From assembly GCA_963768655.1 (NCBI GenBank), contig CAVYIM010000003.1:704001-768000 (forward strand): a DNA stretch of 64,000 nt, given 5' to 3'. The notes beneath the pieces were generated by a model. It was not told the origin of the DNA. It did not search any database and saw only the letters and a list, made by a program, of their open reading frames with translations. The stretch comes from an uncultured Chloroflexia bacterium. Its GTDB lineage: Bacteria > Chloroflexota > Limnocylindria > Limnocylindrales > CSP1-4. Below, one piece after another: positions 19,810-31,799 of the stretch. Made by a program: the position numbers and the translations under genes. Every line of letters starts with the position of its first letter. Position 1 is the first letter of the stretch.

Positions 19810-22692
19810 ATGTCCCACATACACACTCGCCTGATTTCCCCCCTGGGTCTATTCGCCGCTCTGGCTCTGGCCGTCGCCTTCGGCGTGTCCGGTCCTCCCG
19901 CCCGGGCCGCAACCACCACCGGCCCAGTGATCTACGTCGACGGCAAACACGGCTCGGACTCCAACAGCGGCACGAGCCTGAGCAGCGCCCTCAAGACGGT
20001 CAGCGCCGGCATGGCTGCGATCCGGCATTCGGGCACGCTCGAGGTCGTCGGCTACACCGACTACGTCTACTACGAGAAGGCAACCGCCTCGTATTGGGTA
20101 GGCGCGAGCGCGGCCGACCCCGCCGTGATCGAAGGCTATGGCTATGGCACGTCGGGCTATGTGCGTCCCATCATCAGCGGCGCCACGGTCGTGAATGGCC
20201 CTGGTTCCACACGTTGGTATCGCCCGAACCCGACGAGCTACCCGGACGTCTGGGCGACTGCCTGGTCCACGGCCATCGAAGGCTATGAGAGCTCAGTCAA
20301 CGGGTACATGCAGGAACGGATCTACATGGACACAAGCCAGCCGCTGGGGCGGCCGGCCGTGACGCCCACGCTGGCCCAGCTGCAGGCCACGCCTGCCTCG
20401 GAGTACTGGACCGGGCACATCCTGTACGTGCACCTTGGGCTCTGGGGCGCGACCCTCGCCGACACCAACCCCAATCACCACACCATTGAGATCCCGACCT
20501 ACAACGGGCTCCTGATCGGGTCTGGCTCCTCTTATGTGACGATCCAGGGTATCGACGTACGCCACGCCCACATCGGGATGGGGGTAACTGGCACGGCCGA
20601 CCACGTTACGTTCCAGGACGTCGACGCCAGCTACAACTATCCCATGGGCTTCTTCTCGGCGAGCGGCTACAACGATTTCATCGACGTCAGCGGAACCCGC
20701 AACACGCTCCAGCTCATCAAGCTCGACGATGGCGCCAATCACAACCTCGTGAACGGCGCCAACGCGACCGAGAACATGGGTCAGGGGATAAAGCTGACCG
20801 GCGCATCGGACGCATACAACACCGTCGAGAACTCAGTCTTCTCGAACGGTCTCTCGATTCCAACCTGGACGCAAGCCTACGGCGGGAACGCTCAAGGCAT
20901 TGACGTTGAAGACGGGGCGCATGACAACGTCATTACAAGCAATGTCATCGCGAACAACGAACGCGGTCTGATGCTCTACCAGACCGCGTCCTCTGAGAAA
21001 CCGCTGAACAACAACACCATTTCCAGCAACAGGTTCACTGACAATCACTACGCCGTCCTGATATGGGATGGACGCGTGTCGGCAAGCAGTTCCACCGGAC
21101 ACGTGACTTTCGACAAGAATGTCTACTATGGAAACGTAGAAGCGGTGGAGTGCAATTCTGTAACCAGCTACAAGCTCTTCGACCACGAGACGATCTACGA
21201 CACCGGGCCCGCCAAGACCGTCGACGATAGCGCGTTCCATCTGAAGGCGGGCAGTCTGACTGTCACCAACTCCATCATCTCGGGGGTCGGCGGCTACGCT
21301 TTCTACGCAATCCCACCGGCCAGCGTGCAGGTTTCGACCACGACGGTGGTCGGGACGGGGCTCGGGATTCTGTCGGGCGACGTCTCCTGGATCACTCCGC
21401 CGGTGAAGACGACTTATGTTCCTTTCGGGCCCGTCCGAGTCCTGGATACTCGATCGGATCTGGGCCTTGCGGGGCCGCTGTGGAACCGAAATCCGCAGTC
21501 GTTCAAGGTGGCCGGCGTGCTGGGTATCCCCTCAAACGCGTTGGCCGTAACAGGCAACCTCACGATAACTGGACCATCGCGGGGCGGGTACGTCTCGCTC
21601 ACGGTTGGCAAGACCGCCAGCCCAACGACCTCGACGATCAACTTCCCGGCGGGGGACACCAGGGCGATTGGAGTGACCGTCCCGCTCGCTAGCAACGGCT
21701 CCATCTCCATCGTTTTCGTGAGTTCGACGGGCGCCCGTGTGGAGGCGGTCTTCGACGTCACTGGCTACTTCGTGACTGGATCCGGCGCAACGTACCTGCC
21801 CGTACCACCGAGCCGCATCCTGGATACGCGAGTTGCGAACAGTCCGATCGGCCGGTTGACGAGCAAGACGCCCGAGACATTCCAGGTGACCGGTATGGGT
21901 GGCGTGCCCGCCGGCGCAGTCGCCGTGACGGGCAACGTGACGGTGACTGATCAGACCAAGGCCGGTTACCTGTCCCTGACGACGACACCGGTGCAGACGC
22001 CTGGCACTTCGACCATCAACTTCCCTGTCGGCGATGCCCGGGCCAATGGTGTGACTATGCCGCTCGGGCCCGGCGGCACGCTGTCGGCGACCTACGTGTC
22101 CTCGCCGGGGGCGACCGTTGACCTCATCTTCGACGTCAACGGCTACTACACAGCTGGCGCCGGTGGCAACGACTACGTGCCGATTCCTCCGGGACGGTTG
22201 GTCGATACACGGATCGGGGTCGGCATCTCCGGAGCGCTCTCGAGCCGAAGCCCCGAGACTGCCACCATTGCGGGCCGCTATCTGTTGCCGACGTCGGCCG
22301 GCGCCATCACGGGCAACGTCACCATCGTCGGCCAGACTTCCGGCGGCTACGTCTCGCTCACGGACGTACCCACGGCCAACCCGACGACTTCGACGATCAA
22401 CTTCCCGAAGGGGGACATTCGGGCGAATGGTTTCTGTTCGCCACTCGCGAGCGGGACGGGGAAGCTCTCCGCGACGTTTGTCGGGGCCAAAGGATCGACC
22501 ACGGCGGTGATCGTCGATGTCACCGGCTACTTCGTTGCGCCCGACGGCAGTCTCGGCCCATCGGACTACACACTCGACCCGGAGTTCCTGTCCACGGATC
22601 CCAATTCGAGCCAGTTCCTTGTGGTTGGGCCAAACTCGCCCGTCTACAACCTTGGCTCCAACGGCAGGGCAATAGGGGCGCTCTGGATCTAG
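19810..22692 (+). CDS. Secreted right-handed parallel beta-helix protein with three ~126-aa P.R..DTR repeats
   Basis: Signal peptide (PARAA); IYVDG..GSDSNSG N-terminus; Asn-ladder beta-helix; three repeated modules. TAGATT lies 6 nt before the ATG. Confidence 0.85.
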   Translation: MSHIHTRLISPLGLFAALALAVAFGVSGPPARAATTTGPVIYVDGKHGSDSNSGTSLSSALKTVSAGMAAIRHSGTLEVVGYTDYVYYEKATASYWVGASAADPAVIEGYGYGTSGYVRPIISGATVVNGPGSTRWYRPNPTSYPDVWATAWSTAIEGYESSVNGYMQERIYMDTSQPLGRPAVTPTLAQLQATPASEYWTGHILYVHLGLWGATLADTNPNHHTIEIPTYNGLLIGSGSSYVTIQGIDVRHAHIGMGVTGTADHVTFQDVDASYNYPMGFFSASGYNDFIDVSGTRNTLQLIKLDDGANHNLVNGANATENMGQGIKLTGASDAYNTVENSVFSNGLSIPTWTQAYGGNAQGIDVEDGAHDNVITSNVIANNERGLMLYQTASSEKPLNNNTISSNRFTDNHYAVLIWDGRVSASSSTGHVTFDKNVYYGNVEAVECNSVTSYKLFDHETIYDTGPAKTVDDSAFHLKAGSLTVTNSIISGVGGYAFYAIPPASVQVSTTTVVGTGLGILSGDVSWITPPVKTTYVPFGPVRVLDTRSDLGLAGPLWNRNPQSFKVAGVLGIPSNALAVTGNLTITGPSRGGYVSLTVGKTASPTTSTINFPAGDTRAIGVTVPLASNGSISIVFVSSTGARVEAVFDVTGYFVTGSGATYLPVPPSRILDTRVANSPIGRLTSKTPETFQVTGMGGVPAGAVAVTGNVTVTDQTKAGYLSLTTTPVQTPGTSTINFPVGDARANGVTMPLGPGGTLSATYVSSPGATVDLIFDVNGYYTAGAGGNDYVPIPPGRLVDTRIGVGISGALSSRSPETATIAGRYLLPTSAGAITGNVTIVGQTSGGYVSLTDVPTANPTTSTINFPKGDIRANGFCSPLASGTGKLSATFVGAKGSTTAVIVDVTGYFVAPDGSLGPSDYTLDPEFLSTDPNSSQFLVVGPNSPVYNLGSNGRAIGALWI
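21409..22536 (+). repeat. Three tandem protein-level repeats (~126 aa each)
   Basis: YVPFGPVRVLDTR / YLPVPPSRILDTR / YVPIPPGRLVDTR, each followed by A.TGN.T, STINFP.GD.RA and DV.GY. Boundaries approximate. Confidence 0.85.
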
Positions 22693-22710
22693 CTCGGGGC
22701 ATGCTCGGCC

Positions 22711-22747
22711 GGCGCGCTCGCCCTGTGCATCGCACAGGCAGCGCGCC
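22711..22747 (+). terminator. GC-rich stem-loop after the beta-helix gene (no U-tract)
   Basis: GGCGCGCT..CCTGTGC ATC GCACAGG.AGCGCGCC inverted repeat. Confidence 0.3.
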
Positions 22748-22964
22748 ATCTCGAGCAAGCCTTCGAGCGCCAAGGCCACATATCGGCTTGGGCGAACAAC
22801 CCCAGCCAGACGAGTGATCCGCGAGCCCCGGTGCGTTCACGCAGGGCTCGCGGTTGGCCGACCGCATCGAGCCTATACTACGGACCGGCCGGTCGGCCAG
22901 TTCGCCGGCGCGGCATCCCGTGTCAGGGACACGGTCCGCGTACCGGAAGCGCTGAGGAATCGTC

Positions 22965-24979
<2,015 letters not shown>

Positions 24980-25230
24980 GTAGAGCGGCGCCAGCCGCCC
25001 CACCGAACGGCGCCAACGGACAAGAGCTGCACCCGAGCCTCAGCGGCGAGATCCTGGAGTTGGTCTGCCGGCGTCCTTGCGACCCTGAGAGGGCGAGCAA
25101 CCTGCGAGATCGGCTCGGGGCGACTCGCCATCGTGCCCGGCGCGGCCGTATGGTTGCGGGCCGTCGCACATGTTGTCGCTGCCCCAATCCGTTCTCGAAC
25201 CCGCACTTCCGCGTCGCGGCGTGAGATGAG

Positions 25231-26694
25231 ATGGTCGTAGTCCGCTCCTGGGCGCTCAGCTTGGTCCGCCTGATACGCCATGGAGGCGAAGACGCTGCCG
25301 GTGTCCAGGATCGGTCCATGGACAGGTATCGACGGAGTGTCCTCACGTCGATCGTTGCGTTCGGAAGCCGTGGGATAACCATCGTCACGACCCTCATCAC
25401 CGTGCCCCTGGCCCTCAGGTACCTGGGGGCCGAACGCTACGGGATGTGGATGACGATCAGCTCCCTGCTGGCTCTGCTCAGTTTCAGCGACCTGGGGATC
25501 GGCAATGGTCTGCTGAACGCTGTCGCGGAAGCAAACGGCCGCGACGACGAAGCCGCCGCGGCGCGCTTCGTATCCAGTGCACTGGTCATGCTGACCGCGC
25601 TGGCCGCCGCGTTGGGGATCGGGTTCATCATTCTGTACAGCCAGGTTTCCTGGGACAAGGTCTTCAACGTCCACTCCCCGCAAGCGGTCGCGGAAGCCGG
25701 TCCGGCCCTCGCGGTCTTCGCCGTATGCTTCATCGCGGCAATGCCTCTTGCCGTGGTCTCGCAGGTTCGGATTGGGTACCAGCAGGGGTACGCGAACAAC
25801 TTCTTCCTGGGGATCGGCAACCTCATCGGCTTGATCCTGGTGCTGGTGGGGATCTGGGCGCGGGTGCCGCTGCCGCTCCTGGTGCTGGCCATGGCGGGCC
25901 CGCCGGTAGCTACCGCGGCGGTCCATTCCGTGGTGCTGTTCGGCTTCGAGCGGCCAAAGCTACGGCCGCGCCTCCATCTCGTGGACGTTCGGGATGCGCT
26001 CCAGGTGCTGAGAGTAGGTCTCTCGTTCCTGGTGCTCCAGATGGCCGGGGCCCTTGGTTACTGGTCCAACAGCATCATTGCCGCCCAGATCGTCGGCGCC
26101 ACGAAGGTCACCGACTACTACATCGCCACGAAGCTTTTCTTGATCCCGACGATGATGGGATCGTTGTTGCTTGGACCTCTGTGGCCCGCATATCGCGAAG
26201 CCATAACGCGCGGTGACGCGCCGTGGGTTCGGGCCACTCTTCGCCGTTCATTTGCGCTGATCATCTTCGGGGTCTTGCCGGTCTCCGCAGTACTCACGGT
26301 GGCTGGCCCGTGGCTCATCAAAATCTGGGTTGGAACGTCTGTCGTGCCATCTATGTCACTGATCCTGGCGTGCGGCATCTGGAGCGTGCTCGCAGGCCTC
26401 GGAGTAGCGCTCGCGATGTTCCTGAACGGCGCCCAGATCCTCCGCTTTCAGGTCATCGTCGCCGTCGTGATGACGACAGTCAATCTCCTGCTGAGCATCT
26501 ACCTGACGATCAACATCGGTGTCGCCGGCGTAATCTGGGGCAGCGTAATCGCGTACTCGATCTTCCTGCTTGTTCCGACGGGCCTGTACCTCCCTGTGGC
26601 GATCAGGCACGTGGAAGCCCGCGCCGCCGCGGCACGATCGGAGGCGGAGAGCGGTCTGGTCTACTCCGACCCACTGGCCGGTGCAGAGCTGTAG
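25231..26694 (+). CDS. Wzx-like flippase
   Basis: VPLALRYLGAERYGMW...SDLGIGNGL and LWPAYREA pattern; many TMs. Alternative ATG at 25318. Confidence 0.85.
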   Translation: MVVVRSWALSLVRLIRHGGEDAAGVQDRSMDRYRRSVLTSIVAFGSRGITIVTTLITVPLALRYLGAERYGMWMTISSLLALLSFSDLGIGNGLLNAVAEANGRDDEAAAARFVSSALVMLTALAAALGIGFIILYSQVSWDKVFNVHSPQAVAEAGPALAVFAVCFIAAMPLAVVSQVRIGYQQGYANNFFLGIGNLIGLILVLVGIWARVPLPLLVLAMAGPPVATAAVHSVVLFGFERPKLRPRLHLVDVRDALQVLRVGLSFLVLQMAGALGYWSNSIIAAQIVGATKVTDYYIATKLFLIPTMMGSLLLGPLWPAYREAITRGDAPWVRATLRRSFALIIFGVLPVSAVLTVAGPWLIKIWVGTSVVPSMSLILACGIWSVLAGLGVALAMFLNGAQILRFQVIVAVVMTTVNLLLSIYLTINIGVAGVIWGSVIAYSIFLLVPTGLYLPVAIRHVEARAAAARSEAESGLVYSDPLAGAEL

Positions 26695-26769
26695 CTGGTG
26701 AAGGGCGTCGCGACCCGCCACAGCTGCACGGAGAACCGAGTCGGGTCTGGGGCGCGGACGAGAGAGCCT

Positions 26770-27636
26770 CTAGGAGTGCGGCCGCTGGAATACCCGTTTG
26801 GGCCTGAGCGCGGCCACGATGCGCCGGATCGGTCCGGGCAGCAGGTGATAGATGCGCGACTGGACCGGCTGAATGCGAACGTAGAGATGTTCCAGACCAT
26901 GTGCGTGCTGCCGCTCCACCCTGTTCCGCTCGTCACCCATTGGCCAGCGGTCCTTGACTGTCTTGGCGTCCGGGTGGACGGTCTGGGCGGACAGCACTCG
27001 AGGGACGTACACAGGCGTTGAGTGCTCGGCAATTCGTAGGAACAAGTCCAGATCCATGACGTACCGAAGCTTCTCGTCCAGCTCTCCGACTCGTTCGATT
27101 GCCGCGCGCCGAATGAACGAGCTCGGCTGAGGGATCATGTCCCGAGACGTGATCATCGTTCGCCGCCGGAAGGGCTCTCCGGTGTACCCGAGAAGCTGCC
27201 CGGCTGCATCGACCAGCTGCATGCCCCCATACATCACCCATACCTCGGAGTGATCTCGCAGGTACTCGCCTGCGAACCTCAACGTTCCGGGCAGGTAGAA
27301 GTCGTCGGAGTTGAGCCAGGCCAGGACCTCGCCCTGTCCCTTGCGCCAGCCGGCGTTGATGGCAGCGGTTTGTCCGTCATCCGGCTGGCTCTGCCAGTAG
27401 AAGAGCCGGTCGGCATAGCGCCTGATGATCTCGACGCTCCCGTCCGTGGAGCCTCCGTCCATCACGATGTATTCGAGCCGCGGGTACTGCTGGTCCAGCA
27501 CCGAACGGATGGTTCGCTCCAGGAATGGCGCCTGCTGGAAGGACGGCGTCACGACCGTGATCGACGGCAGGCCAACGTCGCCCGCGTCGGCACTCTCCGT
27601 GTCCTGGGATGGCGGCCGAGGCTGTCCATCGGTCAT
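26770..27636 (-). CDS. GT2 glycosyltransferase
   Basis: ITVVTPSFQQ, MDGGSTDGS, WLNSDD, VMDLDLFLR. Confidence 0.92.
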   Translation of the reverse strand: MTDGQPRPPSQDTESADAGDVGLPSITVVTPSFQQAPFLERTIRSVLDQQYPRLEYIVMDGGSTDGSVEIIRRYADRLFYWQSQPDDGQTAAINAGWRKGQGEVLAWLNSDDFYLPGTLRFAGEYLRDHSEVWVMYGGMQLVDAAGQLLGYTGEPFRRRTMITSRDMIPQPSSFIRRAAIERVGELDEKLRYVMDLDLFLRIAEHSTPVYVPRVLSAQTVHPDAKTVKDRWPMGDERNRVERQHAHGLEHLYVRIQPVQSRIYHLLPGPIRRIVAALRPKRVFQRPHS

Positions 27637-27665
27637 TGGCCGGTCCCTCTGGCAACCGCCAGCAT

Positions 27666-28745
27666 CTAGCGGAGCCCTTCGTACAGGTCCAACGAGACGC
27701 GGGCCACGACGTCCACATCGTGCGCCCGGGCGGCGTTCGATGCGGCGGTACGCATCTCAGCTGATGCCTTCGGGTCGGCGAGGACGGCGAGAGCCCGCTG
27801 GATTCCTTCCGCCAGCGAGGCCGCGTCTCCCGGCGTGGTCTGGAAGCCGGTCGAGCCCTCGGTGACTACGAACTCCAGACCGCCGGCTCGAGAGGCGACG
27901 ACCAGCGCCCCCGAAGCCATTGCCTCGAGCGCCACCAACCCGAGACCCTCCTGGCATACCGACGGCACGACGACGATGGCCGCTCGTCGCATCAGCTCAG
28001 CCACCTGCGCCGGCGTCTGGGGACCGGTGAACGTGGCGGAGATGCCAAGATCACGGGCCTCGGACTCGAGGGCGCTGGCAATCCGGCCTGCGCCCACGAC
28101 CGTCAGAGTCGGCTCCCAGGCAGGCGGCGTGGTCATCTGCGAGAGAGCTTTGAGGAGGACGCTGACGCCCTTCTCCGGTACGAGCCGGCCGACGAACAGG
28201 ATCCCCCGGCGCTCGCCGGAATCGACCTCTCCGGCGGCGAACAGGTCGTAGTCGATCCCAGGCGAGACCACGTGCAGTCGCGTCGGGTCCGGGCTGAACC
28301 GACGGCTGATCTCGTCCGCCAGGAACGGGCTGTTGGCGAGGATGATGTCGGCCGCCCCAAAGACTCGCCGGGCAAGCGCGGCAGATGCGCGGCTCCGCCA
28401 GGGGATGACTATCACGTCTGAGCCGTGCGCGAAGAGCGCCAGAGGGCATCCCAGGATGCGCGCGATCGGCGCGGCGATGAGGCCTGTCGGGAAGGCTATG
28501 TGAGCCTCGACCACGTCGATCTTGCCGGTCCTGCGTGCGCGTGCAGACACGGCCGCGGCTGACGCTCGAAGAGCCAGGCCGACGTACTTTCGGCCGCGAT
28601 CCTTGTGGACGTTGGGACGCGTGATTGCCACGACCCGAACCTCAGCCCCGGCTCGCCTCATGGCCTCCACGCGGGCCGCGATGAACGTGCCGAACTCGGG
28701 GTGCCTCTCGCTCGGGTACAGGTTGGAAATCACCAGGATGCGCAA
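27666..28745 (-). CDS. GT4 glycosyltransferase
   Basis: ILVISNLYP, HGSDV, FVGRLVPEKG, EGLGLVALEAMASG; TTG start after GAGAGG. Confidence 0.92.
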   Translation of the reverse strand: MRILVISNLYPSERHPEFGTFIAARVEAMRRAGAEVRVVAITRPNVHKDRGRKYVGLALRASAAAVSARARRTGKIDVVEAHIAFPTGLIAAPIARILGCPLALFAHGSDVIVIPWRSRASAALARRVFGAADIILANSPFLADEISRRFSPDPTRLHVVSPGIDYDLFAAGEVDSGERRGILFVGRLVPEKGVSVLLKALSQMTTPPAWEPTLTVVGAGRIASALESEARDLGISATFTGPQTPAQVAELMRRAAIVVVPSVCQEGLGLVALEAMASGALVVASRAGGLEFVVTEGSTGFQTTPGDAASLAEGIQRALAVLADPKASAEMRTAASNAARAHDVDVVARVSLDLYEGLR

Positions 28746-29024
28746 CTTCAGCCTCTCACCGGTGGCACGTGCCGGCGGGTACGAACAGGGGCGGGGTGCA
28801 TCGGCGAATGATAGCGTCTGGTGCCGGCCTGCCGGTGCCCTCGTCTCGTAGCTGTCAGGCGTCGTACACGGGCGCCGACCTCAGCCAGCCGAGGCTGCAT
28901 CCGCCTGTTGACGGCGCCGGTTCGTCGCCGAAGGCGCCCGGGACCAGTGACCGTCGACACTCGCGAGCCGATCCAGCTCGCCCAGGTCTCGCAACCTTCC
29001 GGACCGTGTCGGTACCCCCGCAGT

Positions 29025-29936
29025 CTAGAGAGTGGCCAGGAGATCCAGCAGCGTCTGGCCGAGTGGGATCCGGGGTTGCCAGCCCACGAGCTTGCGGATG
29101 AGACTGGCATCGCCTCTGATTTCGGCGGGATCCCCCGTCCGGACGAGCGATTGGTCGATCTCGATCACCGGCGTCACGCCGACCATGGCGCACAGGCGCT
29201 CAATCACGGAGCGGACGGTGACGACCTTACCGGATGCGACGTTGACGATCGTGCAGCGATCGGAGAGGTCGCCGCGCGCCGCGGCCTCCAGCAGCAACCT
29301 GTAGGCCACGACGACGTCACGGACGTCCGTAAGGTCGCGGCGAACGTCGACGTTTCCCGCCGGGATCGAGGTAGTCAGCCCTCGCTTGACCGCCATCACA
29401 CGTTGGGCCATGGCGGGAACCACGAAGACCGGCCGCTGACCGGGCCCCGTGTGATTGAACGACCGGGTGACGACGACCGTGAAACCATGTCTGGCAGAGG
29501 CCTCTACCGCCACGGCCTCCTGTGCGACCTTCGACAGGGCGTACGGATGACTTGGGGCGAGCGGCGCATCCTCGCGGAGCGGCAGATCCTGGGGCCGAGG
29601 CGTGCCGTATGCATCGGCGGAGCCGCTGACGAGGACGGGCGGCCGGATGCCAAGTTCGCGCAAGGCCTCGAAGAGCGCCACGGTGCCACCGACGTTGACA
29701 CGAAAGGCCTCGCCCGGATCCTGTCCGGCATCCGGCGCGAATGCCATCCCGGCCAGGTGGACGACCGTGTCGGGGCGTCCACCCCGGTCATCCAGCCATC
29801 GGACGACAGACGGCCGATCCGCGATGTCGAGCACGTCCGGGCCCGGTGTCGCCATGACCTCGTGGCCGTGGTCGCTCAGCTCCCGTTCCAGCCACTGGCC
29901 GACAAAGCCATTTGCGCCAGTGATGAAGACCCTCAT
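29025..29936 (-). CDS. rmd: GDP-4-keto-6-deoxy-D-mannose reductase (GDP-D-rhamnose forming), SDR family
   Basis: TGANGFVG, PYALSK, RSFNHTGPGQ..FVVP, GNVDVRRDLTDVRDVV.AY are typical of Rmd. Directly follows a gmd tail. Confidence 0.75.
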   Translation of the reverse strand: MRVFITGANGFVGQWLERELSDHGHEVMATPGPDVLDIADRPSVVRWLDDRGGRPDTVVHLAGMAFAPDAGQDPGEAFRVNVGGTVALFEALRELGIRPPVLVSGSADAYGTPRPQDLPLREDAPLAPSHPYALSKVAQEAVAVEASARHGFTVVVTRSFNHTGPGQRPVFVVPAMAQRVMAVKRGLTTSIPAGNVDVRRDLTDVRDVVVAYRLLLEAAARGDLSDRCTIVNVASGKVVTVRSVIERLCAMVGVTPVIEIDQSLVRTGDPAEIRGDASLIRKLVGWQPRIPLGQTLLDLLATL

Positions 29937-29941
29937 CGCAG

Positions 29942-30046
29942 TCAGCCGCAGCCTGTGGCCGGGGAAATGTCGAACTCCGGCCTGGAGTGCTCTTCGAGGC
30001 GCGCGACATCGGCATCCAACATCATCTGCACCAGTTCCTCGAAGAT
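29942..30046 (-). pseudogene. 3' remnant of a second GDP-mannose 4,6-dehydratase gene
   Basis: IFEELVQMMLDADVARL...stop matches the Gmd C-terminal helix ([14 protein letters not shown] in the intact gmd). The stop is 5 nt before the rmd ATG. Confidence 0.7.
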
Positions 30047-30221
30047 CGAGTCGCCGCGCAGCCCTGCCGACCCGCGATTCCAGTTATCCATGCCGTCTGA
30101 GACATGTGCCTGAGTATAGGGAGGTCCAGATGGGCCAGCGAGGCGACAGCGCGGGCAACTTCGTGCCACTCGCGTCGATTGCGCTCGGATCGCCGCCAGA
30201 GGGCACTGGAGAGAACCTCGC

Positions 30222-31436
30222 TCAGTAGACGAGGCGGGAGTATGCGTCGATGAGTTTCTGGCCGGACGATTCCCACGAGTAGTCCAACTCACCCAGGCGG
30301 CTCGCGGCGGCGACAGTCAGCTCATTCAGCAGAGATCGATCGCCGGCAATGCGAGCCATTGTCCGAGCCAGGCCCTCGGCGCTTGGATCCTCCACGACCA
30401 GTCCGGCCGGGCCCAGGACTCTCCTTGTCTCGGCCAGGTCGAATATGAGCGCGGGACGGCCGATGGCAAGGTACTCAACGACCTTCGTCATCGTCGACAC
30501 GTTGTTGAACGGCGTGGGCGGGTCGGGGCACACGCAGACATGCGACGCGGCCAGCAAGGGCACGAACCGCTCCGCCTGCTGGTAGCCGTGGAAGACGAGT
30601 CGATCGGCGATGCCCAGCTCGGCGGCGAGCCGCACCAGTCGAGGCCGGGCTTCGCCGTCGCCGACGAGGTCGACGACAAACTGCAGGTCCGGTTGTATCT
30701 GGCGCAGGATCGCGGCGGCCTCGACGAGTATCTCGACTCCGTCCTGGGAACCCATCACGCCGAGGTATCCAAATCTGAAGGGCGAGTCGCTCTCGGGGCC
30801 GTGACCTTCAGCCATCGTGCGGAAGTGAGCGGTCCGTGGGGCGTTGTGGACGACGACGAGCCGATCCGGCGGAACCTTGCCGCGCTCGGCGGCTATTCGA
30901 GCATACGTTTCGTTGGGCACGATGACCAGATCGGCCGTGCGGAAAGAGGCTTCCTCGAGCTTCTCGGTGAGCCACCGGAGCGGCCGACCGATGCGCCGGT
31001 CTCCCCACTTGGCGGCGCTTAGTTCCGGGTTTGCGTCGTGTTGGTCGAAGACGTAGCGGGCACCAAGGGCCCGCCCGCCAAGACCGAACAGGAAGAACAG
31101 ATCCGGTGGGTTGCAGCCGTGCAGCGCGTCGATGCGGCGATGGCTGCGGAGCCACAGCAGCCACGCGGCCGTGAAGAGCATCGATGGGGCGTACTCGACG
31201 AGATAGCCTCCCAATCCGGAGGCGGCACGCTGCGGATAGCGGAGGATCCTTACTCGATCCCGTGTCTCCCGCGTCGCGGTCATGCCGTCGCGACCCTTCG
31301 GAGCGATCACAGTCACGTCGTAGCCCGCTTCCACCAGCGCCTGCGCCTCGAGCCAGACACGTCGATCGAGCGGAACCGGCAGGTTCTCGTCCAGGATCAC
31401 GATGTGTCGCTGGCGCGACCTGGTGCGGGCCGGCAT
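30222..31436 (-). CDS. GT4 glycosyltransferase
   Basis: ENLPVPLDRRVWLEA, HGCNPPDL, YLGVMGSQDG, TMTKVVEY; ATG 31436 after GGAG. Confidence 0.9.
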   Translation of the reverse strand: MPARTRSRQRHIVILDENLPVPLDRRVWLEAQALVEAGYDVTVIAPKGRDGMTATRETRDRVRILRYPQRAASGLGGYLVEYAPSMLFTAAWLLWLRSHRRIDALHGCNPPDLFFLFGLGGRALGARYVFDQHDANPELSAAKWGDRRIGRPLRWLTEKLEEASFRTADLVIVPNETYARIAAERGKVPPDRLVVVHNAPRTAHFRTMAEGHGPESDSPFRFGYLGVMGSQDGVEILVEAAAILRQIQPDLQFVVDLVGDGEARPRLVRLAAELGIADRLVFHGYQQAERFVPLLAASHVCVCPDPPTPFNNVSTMTKVVEYLAIGRPALIFDLAETRRVLGPAGLVVEDPSAEGLARTMARIAGDRSLLNELTVAAASRLGELDYSWESSGQKLIDAYSRLVY

Positions 31437-31799
31437 TCTAGTCTCCAAGGGCTGGCGGCCGTCCGCGCTCGCGTACGTCCAGCGAGCGACGACCGCGGGA
31501 GCTGGTCGATGACCACCGGGGCTCGGACGAAGACCTCATGACTACGTGGACCCCGACCCGCCACCGGCTCCGGAGCTGACGAACTGGTCAGGACAGTATC
31601 GTCGGAGCCCAAGACCTCTGCAAACGCCGCGGCTCCAGGCCTCCGCGGCGCTGCCGGCCCGGATGGCTGGCGGATCGGAATCCTGAGGAGTGGCCCGGGC
31701 GGCGGCGTCATTGGGAGGTCTCTGCGGATGACGACGTCGCCCAGGTCCGACGTCCGTACCCTTGCCCGCGGTGGCCGCCGACATATCCGGCTGCCGGTG

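Noticed and set aside
31449-31799. 350-bp gap with short ORFs between GT4 and GT39
   Set aside because: No recognisable motif, RBS or repeat, so no feature can be supported.
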